Shown here piece after piece: positions 18,887-28,888 of a stretch of DNA of 64,000 bases (position 1 is its first letter; every line of letters starts with the position of its first letter). The stretch is from an uncultured virus (IMG/VR IMGVR_UViG_3300031087_000513) (lineage: Duplodnaviria; Heunggongvirae; Uroviricota; Caudoviricetes). The notes beneath the pieces were generated by a model. That model was not told the origin of the DNA. It was given only the letters and a program-made list of their open reading frames with translations, and did not search any database. Where the stretch lies: the IMG/VR virus record IMGVR_UViG_3300031087_000513, one strand, 5' to 3'. The position numbers were made by a program, and so were the translations under genes.

Positions 18887-19565
18887 ACTTGAATATGACA
18901 TTGAAGAGGTAGAAGTGGATGAAGTATTCACCAACACTCCCTTCCTCTTCGCAGGTATTGGTACGGAGGACTCCCATCAGGGATACAGTTATCGCGCAGC
19001 CGCTCCGTTCGTTATCGTTGGTGGTCAAGCACTCATCCGAGATGTACCATACGACTACGAAGTGTATGCCTTCACTACTGATGCAAACACAGTCCTTGCA
19101 AACCATGAGTTTTTCGGCATCGTTCCATTAGGGGACGGTCAAAAGGAAGTGTCCCTCAACTCTAGAGTTTTGGTTACAGGTGAAGAGCTTGCAAAACGTT
19201 TAGATGAAGCAGGAATTTGGCATGATATCCGCACTGATCGTTTCACACGATACGGAGACATCAGCTGGACGATTACTACGCAGGAAAAGATTCAGAGTGA
19301 ACGTGAAGGATTTGGGGCCTCAGCTGCCAGCAACCTTCTCAAAGTGCTTCAAGATGAGGATGAAGTAGACAACGCAATTGTGAACAGCCTTGTCCGGCTG
19401 CATGAAGTGTTTTCTACGGTTGTCGACTGGGGTATAATTGGCGCAATTTGCACAAGATACCCTGATGCAAGTAGTTACGAATACTATGTACAGCTTGCAG
19501 AGTTAGAAGGCGTACCTTCTGAAGAGTTTGCTCGTCTCACAAAAACTGTACTGAACACGCTGTGA
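18879..19565 (+). CDS. acidic hypothetical protein
   Basis: Overlaps upstream stop; followed by terminator. Confidence 0.75.
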   Translation: MSELEYDIEEVEVDEVFTNTPFLFAGIGTEDSHQGYSYRAAAPFVIVGGQALIRDVPYDYEVYAFTTDANTVLANHEFFGIVPLGDGQKEVSLNSRVLVTGEELAKRLDEAGIWHDIRTDRFTRYGDISWTITTQEKIQSEREGFGASAASNLLKVLQDEDEVDNAIVNSLVRLHEVFSTVVDWGIIGAICTRYPDASSYEYYVQLAELEGVPSEEFARLTKTVLNTL

Positions 19566-19623
19566 GCGTAAAAATAGGGGAGAAAGTCATTGTCAGACTT
19601 TCTCCCCTATTTTGTAGGAAGTT

Positions 19624-19851
19624 TTAGGATGCAGAACAGCTAAACGTGCCAGCATCAGGAGCGTGCGTGTAACCAAGAACCTGCATCAGAAGCATATCCG
19701 TATCAGTCACCGTAGGCTGAGTGCCGTTGAACTTGATGACGAACTGGTCACCCTCAGTGATGTAGCTCATCTGGCTCGCCTCACTGTCATACTCAGCCAT
19801 GAGCAGGCTACCTTCAAGAGCGGGGGAGCCAAGGCGGTCCTTGATTGCCAT
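19624..19851 (-). CDS. hypothetical protein
   Basis: ORF with GAAAG SD; start uncertain. Confidence 0.55.
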   Translation of the reverse strand: MAIKDRLGSPALEGSLLMAEYDSEASQMSYITEGDQFVIKFNGTQPTVTDTDMLLMQVLGYTHAPDAGTFSCSAS

Positions 19852-19937
19852 AATCGTGTTTGTCTTTCGTATAAAGGGATGCAGATAATTTGCGGGTATT
19901 TCTGAATCATAGCGCAACAATTCAGTAAAGTCAAATA

Positions 19938-20285
19938 CTAAAACAATGTTGGCTCATCTGGTTCAGCAATTGGTTCTTTTTCGGCTCGCAAGGAGAGTAA
20001 TGGTCTTCCAAATTGAGCTCGTTTTTGATTTTGCAGCTCCACCCAAGCGTTAGAGTTGATAGGCAGATTCATGGCACCTAAACGAAGTGCTTTGTTCCGA
20101 ACAGTCTCTGTCAAATCGTAATGTTCTTTATGTGTGCCAGGATACTGAATCCAAGCATCAGAAAGACGCAGTTTCCTGGCAAAGGCAATAAGTTCTTCAC
20201 TGGTATCAGCGAACATGTGCGACCAGCGTGATGTTGTTCGTCCTACTGTTGCAGGAAGAAGCATGTCATCAACGTAGACAGTCAT
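19938..20285 (-). CDS. DUF4031 domain protein
   Basis: MTVYVDD...WSHMFAD--EEL--FA--L-L---W-Q...HYDL. Confidence 0.85.
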   Translation of the reverse strand: MTVYVDDMLLPATVGRTTSRWSHMFADTSEELIAFARKLRLSDAWIQYPGTHKEHYDLTETVRNKALRLGAMNLPINSNAWVELQNQKRAQFGRPLLSLRAEKEPIAEPDEPTLF

Positions 20286-20379
20286 GTCGCTCTCTTTCTT
20301 CGGGATTAAAAAAGAATACCAGGTTCTGGGAAAGATTTTCATATCTTGCAGAACCTGGTATTAGGTGGGTCGAGGATTA

Positions 20380-20580
20380 TCAGTCAATTGCGATTCTCAC
20401 AATCTTTGCTTTGACGAGCTTGTCGTCAACATATACCATCGAGTTAGCAGATTCAACTCTGACTGCTTCATTCTCACAATCACAGCCTTCTGCGACAACA
20501 ATCGCATCAGCTAATCCGAGTTTCTTCATCTCGGTCAACTCTTTAATCAATTTATTTACGGTTAAGGCTTTGGTAGCCAT
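20380..20580 (-). CDS. small hypothetical protein
   Basis: SD AAAGGAAG; LTV--LI--L phage-type start. Confidence 0.65.
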   Translation of the reverse strand: MATKALTVNKLIKELTEMKKLGLADAIVVAEGCDCENEAVRVESANSMVYVDDKLVKAKIVRIAID

Positions 20581-20662
20581 TGTTCTCTTCCTTTCAGTTA
20601 GTGTCAAAAGAACAATGGTTACTGTATCATGAGCTGCTGATAAAAACAACCTCAGCTTTTAT

Positions 20663-21505
20663 CTACTTGTTGAGTTTTAGAGGCTCAACTAATTTGAGTC
20701 GCTCCTCTAAGAATGCTGTCTGTGTTTCCACATTCCGTAAAGTGTTGTTTGAAGAAGTGTCAATCATCAGCTGTAAGCGGTCACGAATCATTTCCAACTG
20801 CTTCTCAAAGTTCATAACAGCTTTATCCAGGACTTCTTTTGAAGCTCCTTTCAATGCGTTTGCTGTGTCAACAATACTTGGAAGGTAGGACTGCTCTACC
20901 TGCTCTAAGAAGTAGCTCTCCTCAGGGGTAGACGCAAGCGTCACTGCGTAACGCTGTAACGCAAGGACATCATTCATCAGCTGAAAACAACGCGGAGCTG
21001 TTTCAGCAGTGATAGCATACGAGTTCGTGGGTACGGGCACCTTCGAGCTACCCAGCTGTTTTCGTTTACCGAAACTGAATAGCTTCTTGACAGACTCAGG
21101 GGCTTTCCATGTCCCCATCACTGGTGCAGCTGCTGCCTCACCTAAATAGATGTTCCGAATATCATTCGCACATGACTGCATTCTGTTGACATAGGACTCA
21201 CTTTTTCCAGTAGTCAGCTTAGTGAAACCCAGTCTGTCCATCTCTTCCAGCAAAGGGATGAATTTTTTGAATAGGAATTGATGAATGTTTGCAGCTTTTG
21301 CAGGGTCTCTGCGCTCTTTACCTTGGAGAGTTTCAATGATTACACGACCACTCTGACTGAAAGGTTGACCTTGTAGAGCGCTGTAGTAGAGGATGTCTCT
21401 ATCTTGAATCTCTTTTCGTTTTTCATCGAGATGCTCAATAAGGGATTGGTAGTCCTTTTCAGAAGCTTCCTGAATCCATTCAACTGACGGAATTACCACG
21501 TTCAT
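20663..21505 (-). CDS. paralog family C (XpaC-like YLP helical C-terminus)
   Basis: EESYFLEQV---YLP-I...NF--QL--I...V--QT-FLEERL. Confidence 0.8.
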   Translation of the reverse strand: MNVVIPSVEWIQEASEKDYQSLIEHLDEKRKEIQDRDILYYSALQGQPFSQSGRVIIETLQGKERRDPAKAANIHQFLFKKFIPLLEEMDRLGFTKLTTGKSESYVNRMQSCANDIRNIYLGEAAAAPVMGTWKAPESVKKLFSFGKRKQLGSSKVPVPTNSYAITAETAPRCFQLMNDVLALQRYAVTLASTPEESYFLEQVEQSYLPSIVDTANALKGASKEVLDKAVMNFEKQLEMIRDRLQLMIDTSSNNTLRNVETQTAFLEERLKLVEPLKLNK

Positions 21506-22299
21506 AGTCTAATTCCTTCCCCAAGTTTTGTGTTAAGAAAATCTGTCTGCAAACGAACATCCATCAGAGTGGCCTGGTAGTATTTTTCAGCCATTACTTC
21601 CATCTTGGAGTAGATGAGATGGAGTTGAGACAGGAAATGCTCCTCAGCCTCCACCCGAACTGATTCACTGGCGTGTTCTAATTGATTTGCAGCGGCAAGA
21701 ATAGTAGGGACATAGACTGTGCTCACCTGCTCAATAAAGTACTGGTCTTCATACTCGGTTGCAGTAGTTGTTAACTCAGTAGCCAGCGCACTTGCGCGAG
21801 CAGCAATTTCTCGCACCTCGTGTAGACGGGATGTATTAGTTTTTGTTGCAACGGCAGAATTTTGGAACTTTGGAATCTCAGGGGCAACCCGCAAATCAAT
21901 GGGATTTGGGAGGGGAGTCTTCCCTTGAGCTTCTCCCCAAACAGCGTAGGCTCTTTTCTTCAAATCATTTGCAGCCCATTCAAGATTTTCCAGTTCCGCA
22001 AAGGTTTCCATACTGCCGTAACGGATGTACTCCTCCAACAGGGGAAGTGCTACCTGAGAAGCCAAAACGTAAAGCTTCTTGAAACTTTTTACGTTTTCAC
22101 GGTTCGCAACAGTCAGCATGCTCAGAGGTAGTTGGATTGCCTCATCAAGCGTTTCAGGAGTCTGGGCGTAACGGAACTCCTTCTTGGCTGCAACCTGCGC
22201 GGAAAGAGTTCTGAACGTGTCAACAGTGCGATTCAATTGCTCTGATGGCATAGCAAAAACATCCCCGAATGAGGTGAATTTGAGCTTCATGTTCGTCAT
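21502..22299 (-). CDS. paralog family C
   Basis: EDQYFIEQV---YVP-I...QL-LI...VRLQTDFL. Confidence 0.8.
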   Translation of the reverse strand: MTNMKLKFTSFGDVFAMPSEQLNRTVDTFRTLSAQVAAKKEFRYAQTPETLDEAIQLPLSMLTVANRENVKSFKKLYVLASQVALPLLEEYIRYGSMETFAELENLEWAANDLKKRAYAVWGEAQGKTPLPNPIDLRVAPEIPKFQNSAVATKTNTSRLHEVREIAARASALATELTTTATEYEDQYFIEQVSTVYVPTILAAANQLEHASESVRVEAEEHFLSQLHLIYSKMEVMAEKYYQATLMDVRLQTDFLNTKLGEGIRL

Positions 22300-23105
22300 G
22301 ACTCAATCTCTTTCTTTTCTAAGCTCTCCGTCAAGAACATTGTCTGAGACTTCACGGTTCCCAGCATCTGCTTCTGCGCGTTTTCTGAAATCTCTTTCGT
22401 CTTATTCAGGACAAGGTTCAGCTGAGCAACGAAGTTCTTCACAAACTCTTCCTTCATCCCATCCGAGCCATTCTGAATTTTTGCAGCAGCTTCCAGAATC
22501 TGAGGGATATACTCAGTAGTAGTCTGCGTGAGGAAATGCTCTTCCTCAGTTGAGACTTTGAAGGAGGAAGCGTACCCATTCATGTCTAAAATCTGTTTGA
22601 TAACATTATCAACAGCCTCAAACCCTGTCTTTGTATTCTTTGAGAGCAATGCAGGGGTAGGGGTAGAAGACAAGCGCAGGTCTGAGAGAATGTCTACTTT
22701 TTTAACACTCTGCCGAGTGTTGTAAGCATTAATCTTTTCAGCGGTTTTCCACATCTTATAGACTGAGTGAAACACCGCTCGTGCGTTAGAATCACTGTAA
22801 CCAGAGTGGTCACCCGTCTTGTCAATTCGTGTGAGAATTGTTCCAGACATCAATTGCAATGCAGGGGAAAGGTCTCGGAAAAGCCGTTTCCAAATAAGCT
22901 TCTGTAAATGAATCGAAGCAGGCCGATTACGGAATGATTTAATGGAACGAGAAACCTTCTCCAGCAACTCTGTGCGCTGCCGTTCATATCCAAATAGTCC
23001 AGTATGGAAAATCTTTTGGGACTTATCGTTGAAATGAGTCAACAACGCCTGGTAGTCAGCATCAGATAGCTCTCTAAACCAAGCAAATGTCCCTTTATCG
23101 CTCAT
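22296..23105 (-). CDS. paralog family C
   Basis: EEEHFL-Q---EYIP-I...NF--QL-LV...VKSQTMFL. Confidence 0.8.
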   Translation of the reverse strand: MSDKGTFAWFRELSDADYQALLTHFNDKSQKIFHTGLFGYERQRTELLEKVSRSIKSFRNRPASIHLQKLIWKRLFRDLSPALQLMSGTILTRIDKTGDHSGYSDSNARAVFHSVYKMWKTAEKINAYNTRQSVKKVDILSDLRLSSTPTPALLSKNTKTGFEAVDNVIKQILDMNGYASSFKVSTEEEHFLTQTTTEYIPQILEAAAKIQNGSDGMKEEFVKNFVAQLNLVLNKTKEISENAQKQMLGTVKSQTMFLTESLEKKEIES

Positions 23106-23881
23106 GATGCGATCTGTTTCCTCTCCATACTTTCAACCAGGAATGCAGTCTGGTTGCGCACATCAGCAAGAGTGCGTTGTTCAGCATCTGCAATCATATC
23201 AGACATTCTCTTCTCAATCAAGCCCAACTGTTGAACAAAGTTGTCAATAGCTTCCTCACGCACACGACTTGGACTGTTCTTAATTCTATCCGCTGCTGTG
23301 AAAATAGCGGGAAGAAGATTGTCTTTCACATTCTCGAAGAAATACTGCTCCTCAGCTGAGAATTCCAGCTTCTGAGCATGTTTTTGCAGTATCTCGATAC
23401 GACTCAGGATTGGGTCAACCTGAGGGAACAAGGATTTCATATCAACAGTGGAAGGGGTAGTAGCAAGCTTCAAGGAATCTAGCACGTAAGAACCCCCTGC
23501 TTTTACCTCTTTTCCCTGCGCCTTGTTGAACTTCTTGGAAAAAGCTTTTCCAGAGTAATATAAACGTATGATTATCCAACTGTTTGTTAGCCAATTAGCT
23601 TGGTAAGTTCTTGCAATGAAGTCTATTTTAGGAATAATGTTTTTGAACAGGGCTGTATAGACCATCCGAGTATAAAACTTCTGGTCCCATTCAATATCTC
23701 CTAGTTCATCTAAAAAATAGTCGAAGTTATGCTGTGCGGCTTCAACTGCATCCTCATCAGTGAAGTGCTCCAAGGTGCAGACCTCCTTCACTTTAAGTCG
23801 TATATGGGCGAGTAGAGCCTCATAATCTTTCTGAGAGAGTGCTTTGAACCACTCGTATGAGCCTTGTTTGAGTTCACTCAT
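23102..23881 (-). CDS. paralog family C
   Basis: EEQYFFENV---LLP-I...NF--QL-LI...VRNQTAFL. Confidence 0.8.
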   Translation of the reverse strand: MSELKQGSYEWFKALSQKDYEALLAHIRLKVKEVCTLEHFTDEDAVEAAQHNFDYFLDELGDIEWDQKFYTRMVYTALFKNIIPKIDFIARTYQANWLTNSWIIIRLYYSGKAFSKKFNKAQGKEVKAGGSYVLDSLKLATTPSTVDMKSLFPQVDPILSRIEILQKHAQKLEFSAEEQYFFENVKDNLLPAIFTAADRIKNSPSRVREEAIDNFVQQLGLIEKRMSDMIADAEQRTLADVRNQTAFLVESMERKQIAS

Positions 23882-24654
23882 GCTGTCAGTTCTTTCTTAT
23901 TTGAGGCTTCAAGGAAAAGGGTTTGTGCTCGGACCTCAGCAAGAATCTTTTTCTCTGCATCGCGGATGATAGTTTCCAAACGCTTTTGAATTAGATTCAG
24001 CTGTTCAGTGAAGTTTTTCTTTGCTTCCGCTTGTGCATCTTCAGAAGCTGTCTGAATGCGTACTGATGCAAGCGCGATAGTCGGAAGGTAGTCTTCCTTC
24101 ACCTGCTCCACAAAGTATGCATCCTCAGCAGTCAGCTGTAATTGGCTGGCTGTGGTGCGCAATACCATGATTTCCTCAAAGGGTTTCAGCAATCCAGAGG
24201 GAAGTTTCTGTAATGGCGCAACAGTCTCTACAAAGTTACTCTGCAGCTCTTTCAGGATGGTACCTTCTGTACGTTCCTGCTTGGCAACTCGTTCAATTTG
24301 TCTCATTTTCCACGTTTTCAGTATTGGAAACACTTTTCTGAGATTATAGCTATATTTTGGAGGAACTTCGTCGGTTCCATATGATTGAAGGGCTTGCAAA
24401 CAAGGCAGAATACTCTTGAAAGTTATTCGCCACACCCTATACTTTTGGTAAACGCTAGCATCAGGGTAATTGGATACAGTATTCATATGAGATTGCAAAG
24501 AACGAGAGTAATCTGTGGGTAACCAACTAGCGGAGCGGCCAAGATTTGAAACTTTCAAAATTTCTCCACCCTGTTTACCCACAGAAGCAAAGAACGCGGT
24601 CCACTCCTCATCAGTCAACTGTAAACACCATTGTAGTGACCCAAACTTGCTCAT
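23878..24654 (-). CDS. paralog family C
   Basis: EDAYFVEQV--DYLP-I...NF--QL-LI...VRAQTLFL. Confidence 0.8.
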   Translation of the reverse strand: MSKFGSLQWCLQLTDEEWTAFFASVGKQGGEILKVSNLGRSASWLPTDYSRSLQSHMNTVSNYPDASVYQKYRVWRITFKSILPCLQALQSYGTDEVPPKYSYNLRKVFPILKTWKMRQIERVAKQERTEGTILKELQSNFVETVAPLQKLPSGLLKPFEEIMVLRTTASQLQLTAEDAYFVEQVKEDYLPTIALASVRIQTASEDAQAEAKKNFTEQLNLIQKRLETIIRDAEKKILAEVRAQTLFLEASNKKELTA

Positions 24655-25484
24655 AATGTTCCCTCATTCCCTAACCGCTCTTCCAAGAATTGGGACTGAG
24701 CGTTCATTGCTTTCATCTTCTGTTCCAGTGCAGCTTCTTGAACTGCCTCTAACCGTCCAGAGAGGAGGCTCAATTGGTTCAAGAATGCTTCCTTAGCCTG
24801 CTGACGGAGCCTCTCAGGGCCTTTCAGGAAGGATAGGTAAAGTTCCACGGAGTTCGGGAGATAGTCCGTTACAACGCGTTCTAGCAGATATTCGTCTTCA
24901 ACACTGTGAACCTCAGACTGCAATGACTCCCAGAGTGTGCGCATATTCTGCATCCGCTCATCAAAGTCAGCAGGCAAATCTGAGTAGGTTGGGAACGCAA
25001 GGGAAGCTAAATGCTGTTCAACAGTTCCATCAGTTGACTCGGTGTACCGTGAAAGCTTTTGAGCATCTGTTTTTGTGCGCAGTTGAGACACTTCACCTAA
25101 GACTTTACGAACACGTTCAGAAACTTCTAAGTAGTTGCCTTCATGGTTTGCTGACGTGCTTGCTCGTTCAGCTTTCATCTGACCCAAGCGTTGGATCATC
25201 TCAGGAGCATCCTGGTTAATAATGCGATACAACAACCCTGCTTCATCATCTGTAACAAGCTGGCGGTCAACCAGCATCCATTCTTTGCGGATCACATCAA
25301 TCTGGTCTAAGAGAACCTTCTGCTGTTCAGGGTAATACAGTACATTCCCTGAGAGAATCTCCTGTAACCGCAGCATGATTTCACTCCACTGTGTAATCAA
25401 GTTCCGCGTAGAGGCAGCACGAACCCAGCCAGCATTCACTGATGGAACACTGGCTGGGTTCTCTGTTTTACCAAACCATGCCAT
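24651..25484 (-). CDS. paralog family C, most XpaC-like member
   Basis: ERVVTDYLPNSVELYL...LNQLSLL...AQSQFLEERL. Confidence 0.8.
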   Translation of the reverse strand: MAWFGKTENPASVPSVNAGWVRAASTRNLITQWSEIMLRLQEILSGNVLYYPEQQKVLLDQIDVIRKEWMLVDRQLVTDDEAGLLYRIINQDAPEMIQRLGQMKAERASTSANHEGNYLEVSERVRKVLGEVSQLRTKTDAQKLSRYTESTDGTVEQHLASLAFPTYSDLPADFDERMQNMRTLWESLQSEVHSVEDEYLLERVVTDYLPNSVELYLSFLKGPERLRQQAKEAFLNQLSLLSGRLEAVQEAALEQKMKAMNAQSQFLEERLGNEGTL

Positions 25485-25486
25485 GC

Positions 25487-26014
25487 TTAGTTACCTCCTG
25501 CATGAGCAGCCAGGAAGTCACTGATGCGTGTCAGGTCTGTTCTTGTGATTCCGTAAAGCGGGTCAGGAGCGACGACCAGAGTGGGTACATCAAAGTCAGA
25601 CGCGACGAACTCAACTGTCGCCTCATCATCAACCCAGATGAATGGCTCACCGTTGTAGTTAGCTTTCAGCGCAGCATACTTTCGCTTCGCACGCTCTGAG
25701 ACAAGGTTATCCCGAGTTATCCCTGTCTCAGGGTCCCAGTCTACGAAACCGTTGGAGTGCGTACCAACCCGAGGGTCTACAAGACTAACAGCCTCATTCA
25801 CCCAAGTGGTAAGCCACTTCCAGTCAAACTTATACAGGGCATGCAAGTCGTTCAGCTTCTTCACTAACTCGGAGGAGTAGTTCACGCTGAACGAGCCATG
25901 CCGACTATGGATGGTGTCACGACGAAGGTACCCTAACCCGTCACGGTTACGGTTGTACTTGGAGCGTGAAGCATCAAAGTTCACCACCCCGTCGAAGTCA
26001 AGGAAAAGTTTCAT
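25487..26014 (-). CDS. HAD-superfamily phosphatase (HAD_SAK-like)
   Basis: LFLDFDGVVN, WLTTW, FIWVDDE, PDP--GIT motifs. Confidence 0.85.
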   Translation of the reverse strand: MKLFLDFDGVVNFDASRSKYNRNRDGLGYLRRDTIHSRHGSFSVNYSSELVKKLNDLHALYKFDWKWLTTWVNEAVSLVDPRVGTHSNGFVDWDPETGITRDNLVSERAKRKYAALKANYNGEPFIWVDDEATVEFVASDFDVPTLVVAPDPLYGITRTDLTRISDFLAAHAGGN

Positions 26015-26075
26015 GGTCACATACTACCATGAAACTCGCAAAAAGCAACCCGCAACTGGCGGACTCAGCAAAAGC

Positions 26076-26528
26076 TCAGTTATCAGAACCAGGGGTCAGA
26101 ATTTCATCTAAACTCTGCTTCTCATCAGAAGCCTTTGTCGGAGCTGCATTCAACTCATATTTCAACCCTGAGCTATCCAGTGGGACAAGAACCACAGTGT
26201 CCTTACCAATGTTCACAGGACTTCCACTTTTCAGCTTCTCCAACTGGGAGGAGGAAACATCAATTTTCTTCTCATGAAGAACCTCCGCTAAACGCTGCTG
26301 GTTCACATGCTCGTTTAGCATTCCACCACCGACAACACCTGCAACTACAATCAGGACTGTCTCCACGATAATAATGGGAAACAGAATGATGTTCTTCGGG
26401 TTCGGCTTACCGCTCTTACGAAGACTGAACAGCCAGATAAAATCAATCAGTGCGAAAAGAACCGCAGCTGCACCACCGATGAGCAGTAAGCTCTGGTAGA
26501 CAGGCATGAAGGAGATAAGGTCTGACAT
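26076..26528 (-). CDS. two-TM membrane protein
   Basis: Two hydrophobic helices plus small soluble domain. Confidence 0.75.
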   Translation of the reverse strand: MSDLISFMPVYQSLLLIGGAAAVLFALIDFIWLFSLRKSGKPNPKNIILFPIIIVETVLIVVAGVVGGGMLNEHVNQQRLAEVLHEKKIDVSSSQLEKLKSGSPVNIGKDTVVLVPLDSSGLKYELNAAPTKASDEKQSLDEILTPGSDN

Positions 26529-26582
26529 GGGTATGCTTTCATGGAAACGTCTGATATATGGTCATATATCGGCTTTAAAACA

Positions 26583-26699
26583 TATCACCAAGGAAGGCTT
26601 TATCGGGTTTACGAAGTGTAGAAGGCTTACACTCACTTACTACCATTCCTGGCAGGAGCCGAGTCGCATCTTCAACCGACAGCATGTTCCTTGGTGATA
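26583..26699 (-). ncRNA. candidate standalone rod-like ncRNA (about 117 nt)
   Basis: Promoter TTGCAT(26733-26728)-N17-TACAGT(26710-26705); 13-bp perfect 5'/3' closing stem; GGAA-capped apical hairpin. Confidence 0.65.
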
Positions 26700-26710
26700 G
26701 GCTTACTGTA

Positions 26711-27061
26711 TCACACTGTTTCCACTGATGCAAACGCTTCTGCGAAACGAGGCTCACGAATCATCTGTTCTCCCGCAAGGGTGAATCCATGCTGTTCGTA
26801 GAAGTACAGTAACGCCTCATACGGTGTACCCTGTGCATCATCAGGAATACATAAAAGGCGAAGATTACTTCGGTCTGCAAACACCGTCAAGTCTTCCATG
26901 ACTTCTGACCCATATCCTTGTCTTCTTCTCATAGTAGGGACATAGAGAAGATGTAGTGTCAGTTCATTGTTCTGTAGCGACACCAGAATTTTCAACCCAG
27001 GCACCATTGCCTCCCATGTGTACACAAGGGAGCGAAGCTCTGAATGCTGCACATCCATCAT
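26711..27061 (-). CDS. GNAT family acetyltransferase
   Basis: LYVP---RRQGYGS acetyl-CoA motif; FYEQHGF. Confidence 0.85.
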   Translation of the reverse strand: MMDVQHSELRSLVYTWEAMVPGLKILVSLQNNELTLHLLYVPTMRRRQGYGSEVMEDLTVFADRSNLRLLCIPDDAQGTPYEALLYFYEQHGFTLAGEQMIREPRFAEAFASVETV

Positions 27062-27094
27062 AACACCCAACCTTTTCCACCATTACGGTCTCAT

Positions 27095-27673
27095 TTATCT
27101 AATAACAAGCGCTTCTTGGCCGTTCTGTTCACGAACGATGAGCGCCATTTCACCATCATCCATTACCGTATCTAAGAACACCCCTGATTCAGGTTTTGGA
27201 ATCTTCTCATCGCTCAGAATTGCAAGCAATGCATCTGAGTAGTCAAAATCCAACCCATACCGACGCTGAATCCACAAACCAACTACCATGAACACGGTGG
27301 AGTCAGCAGCGTTCCGAAGTTTCTCAGCTGTGAAAGAAATCTTCCGAGCTAACACAGTGAAGAAGATGACCAGGAGGGTTGAGATGGTAACAGAAGGACT
27401 CAGCAGCACCTGTCCCAACGTCCTTTCACCAGGAAGATATGACTGTATCTGCAAAGACAGAATCAGCAGTAGAACATTCACTCCCAGAATCAGTGGAACA
27501 AGAGGAGCTGCAACTCGTTCCAAGCGGGACAGTCCTGTTTTCTCATCATTGAGTACATCCCAAGCGAAGACACGGTTCTGCGTCCATTCCTCGTCAAGCC
27601 ATGATACGGGCATCAACACTTTCGGGTTGAATGGAGTAATGCTAAATGTTTCAGATGCGGTACGGTGTTTCAT
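27095..27673 (-). CDS. two-TM membrane protein
   Basis: Two TM helices then WIQRRYGLD. Confidence 0.75.
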   Translation of the reverse strand: MKHRTASETFSITPFNPKVLMPVSWLDEEWTQNRVFAWDVLNDEKTGLSRLERVAAPLVPLILGVNVLLLILSLQIQSYLPGERTLGQVLLSPSVTISTLLVIFFTVLARKISFTAEKLRNAADSTVFMVVGLWIQRRYGLDFDYSDALLAILSDEKIPKPESGVFLDTVMDDGEMALIVREQNGQEALVIR

Positions 27674-27759
27674 AGTGCCTCCTACACTATCTTATCTGCC
27701 TAACAAGCGTTGTTTTTGTCCGATAACTCTTACGGTTTCCGCAAAATGTTAGGTGTACG

Positions 27760-28299
27760 ATGGACTGGGTAAGTGCAAAATTTCCAATGAAGAAAATGAT
27801 TCTCATCATTGCTGGAATCTCAATACTCTTTTCCGCCTTAATAGGATTTGCAGTTGGGAAAGACGGTAGCTCTCTCGCTGGGATTTTCGTAGGCATGCTC
27901 ATCATGCTCGCTATCATCCTAGTCCCAGCAGTCATTTACACGAACAATAAATATTCTGCGTGGGTTGCCCGTAACGGGACAGCTATTTCCATCAAAGGTG
28001 AAACCATCCCAGCTTTCCAAGTTGTTGGAGGCGAGCTGTGGAATGACAACAGGCAGCAGATGACATTGATTATCAGAACCTCTACCGGTAAACAGACCCG
28101 CATCCTCACCCAGCATTGGCTGTACCCAGCAAGTCGTCAGCTGTTAGAAAGCTTGTATACGATGGTGCAGCAGAGCGCTTGGGTTGAAGGAGAGCCTCAG
28201 CCTCAGTACACAAAGATGATGGGTGGACGAACAGTGTTCCCCTTGACCAAAACTGAAACTCTACAATATTTGTACCAAGTACTCGCCAACACTCCGTAG
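27760..28299 (+). CDS. two-TM membrane protein with soluble C-domain
   Basis: Two N-terminal TM helices; start uncertain. Confidence 0.75.
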   Translation: MDWVSAKFPMKKMILIIAGISILFSALIGFAVGKDGSSLAGIFVGMLIMLAIILVPAVIYTNNKYSAWVARNGTAISIKGETIPAFQVVGGELWNDNRQQMTLIIRTSTGKQTRILTQHWLYPASRQLLESLYTMVQQSAWVEGEPQPQYTKMMGGRTVFPLTKTETLQYLYQVLANTP

Positions 28300-28302
28300 A
28301 GG

Positions 28303-28794
28303 TTATTTTTCAGTTGTCTCAGGAAGTTCAATGAAGGTGATGAGTTCTGCATGCTTACCGACATTGCGAATAGCCACACGCATCAGTTCATCGCCCACAC
28401 GTAGCGGTAACTTGGTCCCAGACATCAAAGAGATAAGCAGCTCGCCTGTTACATCCAGGTTGTACTTGTTTTGGAATAACGGCAGCGTTGCGTCGACAGC
28501 TGTCTGAATCTTCGCTTGCTGTACTTTACGTGCACGGAAGACAAACAACAGCAGCAGCCCTACGCTGAGGACTGTGAAAGAAGACAAGCTCAGTGCGATG
28601 AGGTTGAAGATGGGAAGCCAAGCTGGAACAACAATACCTGCAAGGATTGTTACAATCGTGAGGATGAATACAACCAGAGGAAGACGTGAAAGTTTTCGCA
28701 GACGCTGATGGTAGTCATCAGTCAAACGAGTTGCTGGGACCGCTGGAATCACGATGTCAGGGTGGACAGCAGGTACTTCTAATTCTTCAATCAT
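28303..28794 (-). CDS. two-TM membrane protein
   Basis: Two TM helices then FQNKYNLDV. Confidence 0.75.
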   Translation of the reverse strand: MIEELEVPAVHPDIVIPAVPATRLTDDYHQRLRKLSRLPLVVFILTIVTILAGIVVPAWLPIFNLIALSLSSFTVLSVGLLLLFVFRARKVQQAKIQTAVDATLPLFQNKYNLDVTGELLISLMSGTKLPLRVGDELMRVAIRNVGKHAELITFIELPETTEK

Positions 28795-28888
28795 TGTTCT
28801 CTTTCGGGAGTGTTCACTAACAATATCAGCTGGGATGAAAAAATCCCTGAAAATGATCTTCCATTATTCACCGTGATACGATTGATCT

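Noticed and set aside
26583..26699. Identification as SRP RNA, hammerhead ribozyme or raiA motif
   Set aside because: Lacks the SRP CAGG/AGCA loop, the CUGAUGA/GAAA core and raiA length; left as unknown ncRNA.
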